Positions 17,162 through 39,894 of a stretch of 64,000 nucleotides of DNA are shown one piece after another. Every line of letters starts with the position of its first letter. Position 1 is the stretch's first letter. A program made the position numbers and the translations under genes. The stretch comes from the human T2T-CHM13v2.0 reference genome, Homo sapiens. Under the pieces are notes generated by a model, which saw only the letters and a list, made by a program, of their open reading frames with translations, had not been told where the DNA came from and made no database searches. The stretch lies in assembly GCF_009914755.1 (NCBI RefSeq), contig NC_060927.1; one strand, 5' to 3'.

Positions 17162-17193
<32 letters not shown>
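17162..17193. repeat. (TG)16 microsatellite
   Basis: direct reading. Confidence 0.95.
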
Positions 17194-17194
<1 letters not shown>

Positions 17195-17424
17195 TATTCC
17201 TGATATTAGTGATAATATACATATATGAATGATTCTTTAGTTTTTACTACTGTTGTACACAGATCATACCATCAGAAATTAGAAAACATGCAAAGAAGCA
17301 GAAAATTGTGACTCATAATTGAGTGGGGGGACAAAAGTCAGTCGAAGCAGATCCATAGAGACCCAAATTGAAATTAGAAGCCAAGAACTTTAAAAGAACT
17401 ATTATAAGAATATATAGGAAAAGA

Positions 17425-17716
17425 GGCTGGGCATGGTGGCTCACGCCTATAATCCTAGCACTTTGGGAGGCAGAGGTGGGCAGATCACCTGAGGTCAGGA
17501 GGTCCAGACTAGCCTGGACAACATGGTGAAACCCTGCCTCTACTAAAAATACAAAAATTAGCTGGGTGTGGTGGCTCATGCCTGTAGTCTCAGCTACTTG
17601 GGAGGCTGAAGCATGAGAATTGCTTGAACCCAGAAGGTGGAAGTTGCAGTGAGCCAAAATCGCGCCACTGCACTACAGCCTGCGCGACAGAGTGAGACTC
17701 TGCTCCCAACCGCCAA
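17425..17716 (+). mobile_element. AluSx-like element with atypical C-rich tail
   Basis: Full dimer; perfect 19-bp TSD aagaatatataggaaaaga at 17406-17424 and 17717-17735. Confidence 0.95.
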
Positions 17717-17847
17717 AAGAATATATAGGAAAAGATGGTTTGGCTGAGTAAATATGTTGGGGAATTTTAGAAGAGAAAGTGAAACGCTGAAAAAGAACCA
17801 AATGGAAATTATAGAACTTAAAAATAAAATATGTGAAATTAAAAGTT

Positions 17848-18880
17848 CATGGTTGTTTCTTAGCTGTTAATGAATAATGCTGCATTGAACATGAGAATGC
17901 TAATATTTCTTTGAGAATCCTGTTTTCAATTATTTTGGATAAATACCCAGAAGTAGGATTGCTGGATCATATAGTGGTTCTATTTTTTATTTTTTGATGA
18001 ACCTCATTGCTGTTTTCCATCTCAGCTGTACCATTTTACATGCCCACCAATAGTGCACAATGATTCCAATTTCTCCACATCCTCATCAACACTTGTTATT
18101 TTCTGTTTTTGTTTGTTTGTTTTGTTTTTTATAATGGCCATCCTAACAGGTATGAGGTGATATCTCATGGTAGTTTCAATCTGCATTTCCCTGATAATTA
18201 GTGATGTTGATTAGTGATGTTATTTTCATATAACTGTTGGCTATTTGTATTATCTTACACAATACGTGACAATAAATTCAAAATGCATTTAAAAATTAAA
18301 CATAAGACCTAAAACTGTAAAACTTCCAGAAGAAAATATAGGTGAAAACCTTCATAACATTGGTCTTAGCAAAGAATTCTTGAATGTGACATCAAAGGCA
18401 CAGGTAATAAAGGCAAAAATACGTAAGTGATACCGCATCAAACTAAAAGCTTCTACACAACCTAAATATCTGCAGACAGATGAATGAATAAAGAAAATGT
18501 GGTAGATACATACAATGGAATATTAGCCTTAAAGAAAAAGAAAATCTTGTCATATGCTACAACATGATGAGCCTTCAGGACATTACACTAGATGAAATAA
18601 GCCAGTCATAGAAGGACAAATATTATATGATTCCACTTATATGGTGTATATCTAAAATAGTCAAACTCACAGAAGCAGAAAGTAGAATAATGATTGCCAG
18701 GATCTGTGGAGAGGGAAAGATGGAGAGCTACTGTTCAGTGGATACACAGTTTGAGTTATACAAGATGAACAAGTTCTAAATATCTGCTGTGCAACAGTGT
18801 GAATATGGTAAACAGTACTGTAATGTACACTGAAAAATTTGTTTAGAAGGTAGATTTCATGTTGTGTGTTTTTTACCATT
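17848..18880 (+). mobile_element. Old L1MA/MB 3' portion, rearranged into three segments (17848-18250 antisense; ~18253-18459 and 18460-18880 sense)
   Basis: L1 ORF2-end and 3'UTR motifs in both orientations. Confidence 0.75.
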
Positions 18881-19484
18881 GAATATATGTGTTGATTATA
18901 TATGTAGAGTTAAGTGTCTTTGGGGTTCTTCTCCTAATTATAAGAACCTTTGTGAAGTCAGTGTAGGGTAACAATCACCAACACAACAGCATATTTTCAA
19001 TTGTATTTGCTCTCCTAGCAGATCTTGTAAAAATCAACATGGAAGGATAATATATAATCCTATATTCATCTCTGACCTCTGAATTGAGGTATTAAGTAGA
19101 CAAAAAATCAAAAGCAAGTTTCATGAAATCATCTATCATCGTCATTTTTTGAAAACAGTATTACTATCTTTTCCCACTAGCAACATGAAAAGCAAATGAG
19201 GAAGATATTTTATAGAAATAATTAAGCTGGTGATGTTTTTCCTCCTTGAGGAGTTTCATATTCATAGAAACCTTGAGGATAAAGGTTTCATATTCTAAAA
19301 CTGTTTTTTCAGAGACAGTAACATTTAAACATCTTTATGGAAGTGTCAAGGCACCCTTTATACTTACTACCAAGGAACCTAAATTGGACTTTTTGAATAA
19401 AAAGGCATTCCTTTCAAAAACAAAAGTTCACATGATTGCTTTAACAATATATTGCACAGCACTAGGAACTATCAGTTAACTTGA

Positions 19485-23989
<4,505 letters not shown>

Positions 23990-23997
23990 TACGTTGA

Positions 23998-25980
23998 AAG
24001 TTAAAGAAGGGGAAAAGAATTCCATGAAAACACTATCCCCAAAAAAGCTGATATGGCTATATTAATATTAGATGAAGTAGACTTCAAGGCAAGGAGATAA
24101 ACAGTTCAAATTAATAAAATAAATGACCAGAATGATATAAAAATCCTACATACTTGCATAAACCTAATAAGAACTATTCAAAATATATGAAGCAAAAACT
24201 GTCAAAACTAGAAATAGACAATTCTACCATCATTGCTGGAAATTCATCATTTCTCTTTTGTAACTGACAGAACAAATAGACAAAAATTGGTAAGATTATA
24301 AAAAACTAAAGCAACTCTCTTGGCCAGATTGATCTAATAACATACACACCTACACAATGCAATTGAAAATACAAATTATTTTCATGTAAACACGTAACAT
24401 TCACAAGGATAGACTGGGCGATAAAACAAGTTATAATAAATTACAAATAATTGAAATTAAATAGAATGTGTTCTCTGGCCACAAAAGGAATTAAATTAGG
24501 AATCAACAGTATGTATAAAATTCCCTAATACTTGAAAATTAAGCAACTCATCTCTAAATAACTCATAGCTTAAAAAAGAAATTACAAAGGAAATTTTAAA
24601 ATATTTTTGAACTGAGTGAAAGTACAAACACAACATATCCAAATTTATGAGATATTACTGAAGGAGTGCTTAGAGGAAAATTTAGAACATTAGATGTTAT
24701 GTTAGATTTTTTTTTAAATCTCTACTTCATGATCTAAAGCTCTTGATTAAGACATTAAAAAGTAAGAGCAATGTAAACCACCCAATGTAAAGGAAATAAT
24801 AATCATCAAAAATGAACGAAATAGAGGTCAAACCAGAGTAGATCAACAAAACCCCAAAACAGTTCTTCAAAAATACTATATAAAACCCTAACAATACTGA
24901 TCCAGAAAGAAGAAACATAATTAATACCAGGAGTGAAAAAAAAGCATCACTGAATTCTACAGACATTAAAGAAATAAAGTAAGATTATTAACTCTATTCC
25001 CAGAAATTGACAATTTAGATGAAATTAAGAGATTCCTTGAAAGACAAAACTCACCAAATGTAACACCAAACACATTGGAAAATATAAGTAACCCATATCA
25101 TTAACATTTTTTAATTCAAAATTAAATACCCACAACAAAGAAAACTACAAGCCACAGGTGGCTGCACTTGTTAATGCTATCAAACATTTAAGGAAGAAGT
25201 AACACCAATCTTATGCAAATTCTTCCAGGAAATAAAAGAAGAAGGAAATCTTTCCAACTGTTTGTCTGAAACCAGCACAATGTTGATAACTAAAACTTGA
25301 CAAAGGCAGTACAATAAAAGTACAAGTCAGTCTCATTTATGGAACTAGATGCAAAAATCAGATATAAAATATTAGCAAATGGAAGACAAACATATAAAAG
25401 AAAGATAAAGCATCATAACCAAGGTGGATTTATCCCAGGAATGCAAGTTTAAAATTTGAAAATCAATGAATGTAAAATACTGATTAACATAAGAAAGGAG
25501 AAAATAATACAGTCATATCAATACATGTGAAAACATTTGATAAAATTAGATATTTTAAAATAAAAATCCTTAACAAAACAAGAATAGAAGAATATTTCCT
25601 CAATAGAATAAACCGTACTAAGAAAAATCTACAGCATCATACTTGATTGTGAAATACTGACTTTTTTTTGTAGAATCAGTAACCAGGGGAGGATGTTTAC
25701 TATCATCACTTTTATTCAACATTTAGTTCATAACCTAGTAAGGACAAAAAGCAAGATTAAAAAATTATATGCCTAAAGATTAGAAAGAAAATTTAAAACT
25801 GTCTTTACTTGCCAATGGTATGATGGTGTATGTAGAAAACCCAAAGGAAACTACAAAAATAATAAGTGAATTTAGCAAGACTGAAGAACACATGTCAGTA
25901 GACAACAATTAATTATATTTCTATATAAATAACAGCAAACAATTTGAAAATGAACTTTAAAAAAATACCATGTACAGGAT
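23998..25980 (+). mobile_element. Old L1M ORF2 (decayed)
   Basis: atggctatattaatattagatgaagtagacttc...ggatttatcccaggaatgcaag...tatgtagaaaacccaaagg. Confidence 0.8.
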
Positions 25981-28900
25981 AGACTTCCAGCTGGCAGCCT
26001 GAGGAGTATCATAGACTTATTCCTGAGTGGAAGAGCATAATTTATGAAAGCTATTTTAAAAACAACCATGTAAAGTCTCCAGAAATTGTCGTAAGGGCAT
26101 ATAGCAAATGAAGACATATTTATTCAAGAAAATCTACTGAAACTTGGTAGAAACAATGAGAGTCTGTGGCACTTGAACCACAACTCACTTAATTCCTCTC
26201 CCCCTTCCAGGTTGCCAGCATTTCTCATCCCCTCCAACTCCAAGTTGAAGAGACCAAATTCCTGGGAAGTGTTACCAAGAGGTCAGAGGCTCCCTTCTGA
26301 CCATTCCCCAATGACAGGACAGAAGCTCTACCCCAGGCATAGACCTCAGTACCATAAAATATTGAATCCCTGATTGCCCTTACCCCATCTTGCTCATAGG
26401 GCAGAAGTTTTATGCTTGAAAAGATAAGCTGAGAAGACCAGAGGATACCACCTTTGCCCAAGGCCCAGACTAGTGGCTCAAAGGTTTTGCCCAGGAAAGA
26501 AATGCGGTCTACGTGAATAGAGAGCTTCAAAGCCCTCCCCAAAGTGACTAGCCTTATATGAAACAGTGTGGGAAAGTTCAAGCCTAAGTGTGCTCTCAAG
26601 ACCAATGGGAAATTTGGTGATAATGAAATAAGAGGAAGTAATTGATAGCACCTCTTAATTAGGGGCAACAGACTAGACCAGTGAGAACCAATGAACGAGA
26701 CTGCTAAGAAGAGCCTTCCTGGGATTTAAACCTCAAAGACTAGCCTGAAAAATGACCCCTTATCAAATTAAATTAGATCAGAATACTGTACAATGTATGT
26801 CCCAGGGTACTGTCAAAAATAATAGAACATCTGGTGGATGCTAAGCTTGAAAAACAATAAAATAATAGACCAATTACCCAGCTGTGATTTGGCAGTGTAA
26901 CAGCTGTATATGATATTAACAGAGGCAGACAGGTTAACAGAGAGATGAAGGAGATAGTTAAAGAGAATCCTGCTAAAATCACTGCCATCCCAGAGTGACT
27001 ATATACACTGAATACTGTGCCTTCTGAGAAGCAACCTCAAAGTCTTCACAATGTAGAGGAAATAAACCTCATGAAAATAGTCTAGCCGAGTCACTGAATA
27101 AATAAATAAGCAAACAGCAAAAACTGGAGAGGGGAGAGAGGAATCAGTCGTCAGTACCCAGAAGTGATACAATATATTACCTAAAATATCCAGTTCTCAA
27201 CAAAATATCATGAGACTTGCAAAGAAACAAAGTGTGGCTCATTCACAGGGAAAAAAAGCAACAAAAATTTCCTGTGAGAAGGCCCAGATGTTGGATTGAA
27301 CAGACCAAGACCTCAAAACAACCATTATAAATATGCTTAAAGAACTGGAAGACACTATGCTTAAAGAAGTAAAGGAAGCTATGATGACAATGTCTCATCA
27401 AATCAAGAACATAAATAAAGAAATAGAAGTTACAAAAAGAACCAAATGGAAATTCTGGAGTTGAAAGGTACAGTAAGTGAAAAGAAAAATTCAGTAGTGG
27501 GACTCAACAGTAGATTTGAACTAGCAAAAATAACAACCAGTAAACTTGAAAATAGGTTAATAGAGACAGTGCATTCTGAAGGACAGAGAGAAAAAAATAT
27601 GAAGAAAAATAAAGTCTCAGAGAAACATGGGACACAATTAAGTGCACCAACATATACATAATAGGATTAGCAGAAGGAGAGGAGAGTTAGAGAAGAAAGG
27701 AGAAAAATATTTGAAGAAATAATGACTGAAAACTTCCCAAATTTTATGAAAAACATTAATTACACATCCAAGAAGCTCCATGAACTCCGAGAAGATAAAT
27801 GGAAAAATATCTACAACCAGATGCATCATAGTAAACATGCTGAAACACGCTACAAGGCAAAAAACAAAAAGAAAATCTTGAAAGCAATAAGAGAAAAATG
27901 ACTTGTCACATACATGGAACTCTTACAAGATTAACAGCTCATCAGAAACAATGGAGGCCAGAAGGGAATGGGATGACATATTCAAATTGGTCAAACGAAA
28001 AAACTGTCATTCAAGAAACTTATATCCAGAGGGGAACAACACACTGGGGCCTGTTGTTGGAGCAGGGGGAGGGAGAGCATCAGGATAAATAACTAATGCA
28101 TGTGGGGCTTAATGCCTAGGTGATGGGTTGATAAGTGCAGCAAACCACCGTGGCAAACGTTTACCTATGTAAGAAACCTGCACGTCCTACACATGTATCC
28201 CAGAACTTAAAATAAAATTAAATTTTTAAAAAAACCTCATATCCAGCAAAAGTATTTTTCAAAAATGTAGGTGAAATAGACATTGTCAGGTAAACAAAAA
28301 CTGAGAGAATTTATTACTAGCAGAGCCACCTTACAAGAAATACTACGGGAAGTTTTTCAGGCTGAAAGAAAGTGAACCTAGATTGTAATTTAAATCTACA
28401 CAAAGGAACAAAGAGCATTGTTAAGGTAACTATGTAATTATGAAAGAGTATAAATGCATATTTCTTCTCTCAGCTGATTTTTAAAGCAATTTATAAAACA
28501 ACATATATATAATTGTTATTTGGGGATCTATAACATAGAAATTAAATACATTTGTCAGTAAGAGCATAAAGGAAGTGGGTGGGAGCAAAGTTCTGTTTCA
28601 GTAAACAGATTATTCCAGATGATAGCCTGGATTCACCAGAACAAATAAAGAGAATAAAAAATGGTAAATGGTAAATCAGAAGGTTATAAATATATGCTTG
28701 TTCTTCTTATTTCTTAGCTTTTATAAAAGAAATAAAATTATATAAAGTAGTAATTATAATGTTTTATTGGTTTGTAAAATATATAGATTTAATTTGTATA
28801 CCAATAACAGCACATAAGAGAGAATACAGCTATTAAAAATTAACATTTCTGTATCTCACTGGAATTAAGTCAGTATACATCTGAAGTAGACTCTGATTGG

Positions 28901-29577
28901 ATATATACAGTAAGTTCTAATGTATACGGTAAGTTTTACCACTAGGAAAACTCCAGAAAATATGGTGAAAGATTAATCAAAGGAATGAAATGCTGCACAA
29001 GAAAATATTCACTTAATGCCAAACAAAGCAGTAAAAGACTAGAGGATCAAAAAAAAACATGAGACAGAGAAAACCAAAAGGAAAATGACAAGTGTAACCC
29101 AACTATATCAATAATATTAAATGTTAAGTGATTAAACAATCCAATCAAAAGACATAGATTGTGAGACTTTTTTTTAAAAAATCAAGATCTGCCTATATGC
29201 TGTTTATGAGAGAGATTTTAGATTTAAAGGTGTAAATAGGTTGAAAATGAATGGGAAAAGATCATATGAACAACAGCCATAAGAAAACTGGAGTTACTGT
29301 ACTAATACCATTTAAAAAAATAGATTTTAAAGCAAACAGAATGTCACTAGAATAAAAAGTGACCTTTTATAATGATAAAAGTGTCAATCAAGATGAGACA
29401 ATAATTAAAACATATATGTCCCAAATAACAGAGTTACAAAATACATGAAGCAATGCCTAACATGATCAAAAAGAGAAAGTCAATAATAATTGTTGGAAAT
29501 TTCAAAGTTCCACTTTTAAAAATAGATACAAGAACTAGACAGAAGATCAAAAAAGAATTAGATGACTGGAAAAATGC
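25981..29577 (+). mobile_element. Second L1M: 5'UTR, ORF1 and start of ORF2, 3' part absent
   Basis: ORF1-like peptides at 27446-27661 (MEILELK...) and 27903-28088 (SSETMEARREWDDIFK); endonuclease-like sequence 29100-29577. Confidence 0.75.
28030..28232 (+). mobile_element. Short 5'-truncated L1PA 3' end (PA10-13-like)
   Basis: ggggaacaacacactggggcc...cagaacttaaaataaa; degenerate TSD aaacttatatccag / aacctcatatccag. Confidence 0.85.
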
Positions 29578-30281
29578 TATGTAGAAGACCTCGATACCAA
29601 AATCTCCAAAATATTGCAGAAAGAAACATTTAAAAAATTATTTAAATGGAGGGGAATACCAGGTTTACAGGTTGGAAGACTCACCTTTTAAAAGATCTTT
29701 ATTCTACCAAATTAAGCCATATGTTTATCACAGTCCTATAAAAAAATCTAACATATTATTTGTAGAACTTGAGAAAGTGATTCTAAAATTTATGCAGAAA
29801 TGCAAAGGATCTGGAATAACTAAAATACTCTTGGAAAAGAAGAACAAAATTGGAGAACTTCACTACCTGATTTCAAGATGTGCCTTAAAGCCACATTAAT
29901 TATGATAGTGTGGTAATTGAAAAAAAGATAAATAAATGGATCATTACAGAATAAAAAGTCCAGTAATAGATCCACACATGTATGGCCAATTTGTTTTTGA
30001 CAAAGGCACCAATAAAAATCAATGAAGAAAGTCTTTTTAACAAATAATGGTGGAACAACTGGGCAAACAAATAGGAGAAAAATGAACTTTAATTCCTACT
30101 TCACGTCACAACCAATCATTTTTAAAGTTCTAGAAGAAAACAAAGAATAATATCTTCATGATCATAGGTTTGGCACTGACTACTTAGGAATTAAAAAGAA
30201 ATTACAATAAAAATAATAAATTTTTCTTCAAGTAAATTAAATTTCTGCTCATCAAAAGGCACTATTAAGAGGCCAGGCATG

Positions 30282-30950
<669 letters not shown>

Positions 30951-31454
30951 TTACCTAAAACATATGAAGAATTCTTACTACTACATAACACAAATATAAG
31001 CAGTCCAACATAAAAAATAAGCCAGAAATTTGGATAGAATCATGAAGATATATGATTAGCCAATAAGCATGTGAAAATGTTCCAACTATCCATAGTCATC
31101 AGAGAAATTTAAAATCATAATAAGATACTACTATGACCAGAAGGACTAAGATTTTAAGAGACTATTACCTAGTGTTGGTGGAGATATTGAGCAATTGGAA
31201 CTCCCGTAAGTTGCTACGGAGAATGCAAAATAGACAGCCCCTGTCATTACCATAGTGGAAAGACTATGGAAGTATTTAAAGGAAAAACACAAACAAATCA
31301 AAGATTTTGACATATAGGTATTTATTGTGGCTTTATTTAGTATAGTAAAGATTGGAAAATCCAAATGTTTCACAATGGAGGAATGTTAAATTAAAAGTGT
31401 GGTATATCTTTATAATGATTTGATAAATTTTTTAAATGGTGGAATTGTTTATGA

Positions 31455-32066
<612 letters not shown>

Positions 32067-32322
32067 TGATGCTGGGAAAACTGGCTAGCCATATGTAGAA
32101 AGCTGAAACTGAATCCCTGCCTTACACCTTATATAAAAATTAATTCAAGATGGATTAAAGACTTAAACATTAGACCTAAAAGCATAAAAACCCTAAAAGA
32201 AAACCTAGGCATTACCATTCAGGACATAGGCATGGGCAAGGACTTCATGTCTAAAACACCAAAAGCAATGGCAACAAAAGCCAGAATTGACAAATGGGAT
32301 CTAAGTAAACTAAAGAGCTTCT

Positions 32323-34970
<2,648 letters not shown>

Positions 34971-35606
34971 TGATTCCTCAGGGATCTAGAACTAGAAATA
35001 CCTTTTGACCCAGCCATCCCATTACTGGGTATATACCCAAAGGATTATAAATCATGCTGCTATAAAGACACATGCACACGTATGTTTACTGCAGCACTAT
35101 TCACAATAGCAAAGACTTGGAACCAACCCAAATGTCCATCAATGATAGACTGGATTAAGAAAATGTGGCACATATACACCATGGAATACTATGCAGCCAT
35201 AAAAATGGATGAGTTCATGTCCTTTGTAGGGACATGGATGAAGCTGGAAACCATCATTCTCAGCAAACTATCGCAAGGACAAAAAACCAAACACTACATA
35301 TTCTCACTCATAGGTGGGAATTGAAAAATGAGAACACATGGACACAGGAAGGGGAACATCACACTCTGGGGACTGTTGTGGGGTGGGGAGGGGGGAGGGA
35401 TAGCATTAGGAGATATACCTAATGCTAAATGACAAGTTAATGGGTGCAGCATACCAGCATGGCACATGTATACATATGTAACTAACCTTCACATTGTACA
35501 CATGTACCCTAAAACTTAAAGTATAATAATAATAATTAAAAAAAGAAGCTCATCAAAGTAAAAAAAAATCAGAATATGAAACTCTTTATTGGATTAAAAA
35601 TCATCA

Positions 35607-35945
<339 letters not shown>

Positions 35946-36349
35946 TTAATCCTCTCCATCACTTTTCTGTATCTTCCAAGTTTTCTAGAGGGACAAAACT
36001 TTACTTCTATAGTCCAAAAAATGTTTATTTTTAAATAATGATTGTTCTGAATAACTATATAGTATTTAATGATGATAATTATAAAATTGTTTAGGGTTTT
36101 GACACGTTGTAAATTGGCACAAGGAAGTAGTTTTACTATTATTGTTAGATCCATATTCAGTTCAGTTCCTACCTTCATCAGGAAAGTAGGTAAATTCAGA
36201 AGGAGCTAGGGAAAATGACAGAATCAATAGACAGTACAGAAATAGAAAAGATGGTATTTTCCAGACAAATGAGCTTAGCTCTTTAACCACCAAATTTTGT
36301 ATTTTAAAATTTTGATGAAACTCTTTCTAACATATACATCATGCTTTCT

Positions 36350-37350
36350 TACTTACTATCTTATAGTGACCAAATCCCATCCTTCCTCCTAGCTGTTTAA
36401 CTTTGGAGAATTGATGTAATAGCCTTTCTTCCCCTGTTTTCTTATCTGTATGATGGGGTTAATATTATAACCCCTCTAATTATATTGGTAGGTGGGAAAA
36501 CGATAATTTATATAAAGTATTTAGCGGAGGATTAGGTACAAAATAATAGATACTAGTTGCTGTTATTACTATTACTACAAAGAGCGTGTGGCACAGTAGG
36601 CATTCAATAAATTTGATTCACTGACTCAACTTACAGTGATGTCTTTAAAACCTTTCAGAGATCTGTAAAACACCCACCTGTTAAATGGTCCCAGATCTCT
36701 CACTCACTAGTCATTACAGTTCCTTTCTCTGCCCATTTTTTCACTCTTGTTCCACGTTACTTTTCTTAATGTTTCTAGTTCTAGCAGCCTCCTCCTCTTT
36801 ATAACTTGCAGTTTCTAATTTGCTGTCAGATAGCAAAGCCTGTTCAAGTCAGTACACTTTCAAGGAGTGCCTAGAAAACTCTTATAGCAACTCTGTGGAT
36901 TAACACTTACTGCTTATTTAGTCAAACTTTTTCCTAATTTGTATATCTAGGGTTAAGACCGTGTTCGACATAGTTTAGTTTGATGAATGCCTATTTCCAG
37001 ATTAATGGTAATATTTATATCAGTAAATATTATGTGTACTATGATTACAAACAGAAATTTAAAATTGGATGAGCATTACATTGAAAGTCTTGAAAATAAT
37101 GTTCAATGAAGTAAAAAATAGAGCAAACAGTAAGCTTTGCATTTGGTATTCAGTGCTCTATAAGCAATTGAAATATGAGTGCAGAATAAAAAATCTGAGT
37201 TCTGTGTCCTTTTCAAGCTATGTTATTGACTTACTTCTCTGACTTTGAATAAATAGCTTAAACTCTTTGAAGTTATAGTTTCTCACTTATAAAACACAAG
37301 AGTTGGGCTAGGTTGTCACAAGGCACCTTTTGGTTCCAAAATTCTGTGAT
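36350..37350. mobile_element. MIR fragments (~36360-36580, ~37190-37350) and a short L2 tail (~36585-36625)
   Basis: cctgttttcttatctgtatgatgggg; tggcacagtaggcattcaataaat; gtttctcacttataaaac. Confidence 0.5.
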
Positions 37351-38067
37351 TTTTTTTGGACCTACCACAAGCTTATTGCTATAAATTGTATAAAGAAGAG
37401 GGTGATGGGAAAGAATAGGAACAAAGATTATTTTGGTCATTGAAAATAGCTCTCAAATGTTTCTGAGCATGGAGACAGATTAAAATAGAAATTATGAATA
37501 TTTATTTCACAAAAGAAAGTCTGTGAGACTTTCTAACAAAGATAGAAAAACCATAATGAAGAATATTTTACAAATACCATATAAATACAGATTGGCAAGT
37601 AGAAAGAATTATAAAATGTTTATTAATCTGTTGTGTCTATTGTTGCATTTGTCAGAAAAGTGGCAGAATAAAAATTAAGAAATATTGGAAAGAGAAAAAT
37701 ATAGTGCTTATTATAAGGAATTTGATACTATTGAACAAAACACAGTATGTAATATACAATACTACATTTTTATAAATAAATATAAAATTTAGAATTTGTA
37801 GTTTTTAAAGATCTTTTAAAAGCCAATAATCATATCTCCTGAGAGAATATTTGATTAGGTATTGTTAAAACCCCTTCTAATTCTTCTTATTTATGATCTA
37901 TTTTCAGATAAAATTGGGTCATTTATTAAAGTAGCTATTTCTTATAAAAATAGTTAAAAAAGGATTTTATATCTTTGTACCATCCATGTTTAAATACTCT
38001 TGCATGTCAATCAGTTACTTCTCCTTATTTTTTCCTGTATCACTTGTTTAAACAAATTTTCAGAATA

Positions 38068-38212
38068 GGCCAGGCATGGTGGCTCACACCTGTAATCCCA
38101 ACACTTTGGGAAGCTGAGGTGGGAGTATTGCTTCAGCCCAGGAGTTCAAGACCAACCTGGGCAACATAGTGAGACCCTGTCTCTATAAAAATAAAAAAAA
38201 AATTAATAAAAA
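38068..38212 (+). mobile_element. FLAM_C-like monomer
   Basis: ggccaggcatggtggctcac...gagaccctgtctct plus A-rich tail; TSD-like ttcagaata on both sides. Confidence 0.88.
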
Positions 38213-38366
38213 TATTTTTAAAATTCAGAATAATTGACGTAACTTGGACATGATAAAGTAGTTTTCACATAAAAAAAAGCCTTTTAAACTTGTAGGAATT
38301 AAGAAATAAGAATAACCTACAAAATGCTAGCAAAATTTATCTCATTTTTTTTCATTGTATTTTCAG

Positions 38367-38432
38367 GTTTAACTGAACTGAATGACAGTCCAGTTCCCCT
38401 AGAACTTGAGCGCTGCAAGTCTCCTACCTCAG
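38367..38432 (+). CDS. STXBP5L: STXBP5L (tomosyn-2) internal coding exon, 66 nt, phase 1/1
   Basis: Strong acceptor tttttttcattgtattttcAG, donor CAG|gtaaac; encodes (S/G)LTELNDSPVPLELERCKSPTS(D); peptide recognised from memory as tomosyn-2. Confidence 0.92.
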
Positions 38433-39726
38433 GTAAACATGAGTGGTATTTTGCAGACTTCTGGTAATTCACTGCAGTAATCTGTTGCTTTATTTTCATG
38501 ATCTTTATAATGTGAAATTTATAATTTTAGTAATTAGGTATAATTCCATTCATTAAATTTACTGTAAGCAAATTTGATTCCAAATATCAAATACAAACAA
38601 ATGTCTTTTAAAATATTTTTATCTCAAAATAAAATTAAGATCAGAGGTAAAAGTGCAACACTTTAAAAGACATTTTAAAGGAAAGTTATTTTGCAGATAC
38701 ATTAATAATGCTTACTAAGTATTGAATAAAAATTGGTGATATAGAGAAACTTGTCATCTTCAGGCTAGAGCTGAATTAGTGGGAAATATACAGTATATAT
38801 GCAGAAGCAAATGATACCATTCCTCTAGACCACAGTTTGGAAACATGTATATTTATTCACAAGGAAAAATGATGATAGAATATGATATGAAGCAAAACAT
38901 CAAGACAAAGTGTGCACCCATTAAAATATATTTAAAATGTGAGAATAAAGATTCCTAGGGATAAATCTTTAAGGTACTGTCTGTTAAAAAAAAAGTTAAC
39001 AGTTATTTTTGGGTGGTGGGAATATGACTGGTTGGCCTGTTTTTTAAAATTTTTACATATTTGATAATTCTGATTTTTCTATAATGTATATATAGTTTTG
39101 TGTGAGTTTTTAAACACCAAAATCATTAGGTATGTCTTTACTGAATGATAGATCTGTTCTTACAGACAAGAAACTGTAGTTCCTTTTTATTTACATTATT
39201 TTAATTTGAACCTTATACAAATTTATAAAAGTTTAATAATGCCATTATAAAGCAACGAATTTGGACTTGTAGAAATTAATTTAGAATTGCAGCATTTCTT
39301 CCATTTATTCCATCCCTGAAAAGTGGTTAGTTCTTTATTCTTATTCTTCAGGAATCTAGGCTATGTATAATCTAGTTATATCCTATGTAAATTTTTCTCT
39401 TAGTCATATATTTTTAATTCTTATTTTACTGATCTTATTGTAAAGACTGTCTCATATGTTTACCCTGCCTTTTGCATTCTCATTGACACCAACCCAATTT
39501 AGGTATTTATTGCCTCATACCTATGGTATCATACAAATATTCTAGTAGATGTCTGTATTTTCTCTCTTCACCTTTTACAATTAATGTTGCATGTCATGTT
39601 GTAAAATTAATATTCTTAAAATATTACTTTGATCATATTTTCCCATGCTTATAAATCTTCGATATAAAATATAATTCAATACCCTTTATCAAATTTACAT
39701 ACGTAACTTCAAATTTTGTTATAGCT

Positions 39727-39870
39727 GGCCAGGCACAGTGGCTCATGCCTGTAATCCCAGCACTTTGGGAGGCCAAGGGGGGAGGATCACTTGAGGCCAT
39801 GAGTTTGAAGACCAGCCTGGGCAACATAGTGAGACCCTGTCTCATTAAACATGATAATAATAATAATTTT
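39727..39870 (+). mobile_element. FLAM_C-like monomer
   Basis: Monomer plus (AAT)n; ttatagctg duplicated on the flanks. Confidence 0.88.
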
Positions 39871-39894
39871 AAAAGTTTTTTAAAGATCATTATA

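Larger units (their letters stand above)
16385..17847 (+). mobile_element. Old L1M 5'UTR/ORF1 remnant
   Basis: aaaaagaaccaaatggaaattatagaacttaaaaataaaatatgtgaaatt (ORF1-like); boundaries approximate. Confidence 0.55.

Noticed and set aside
26173-26668. 147-aa and 66-aa ORFs in GC-richer sequence
   Set aside because: They lie within an old L1 5'UTR, with no recognisable protein features or splice support
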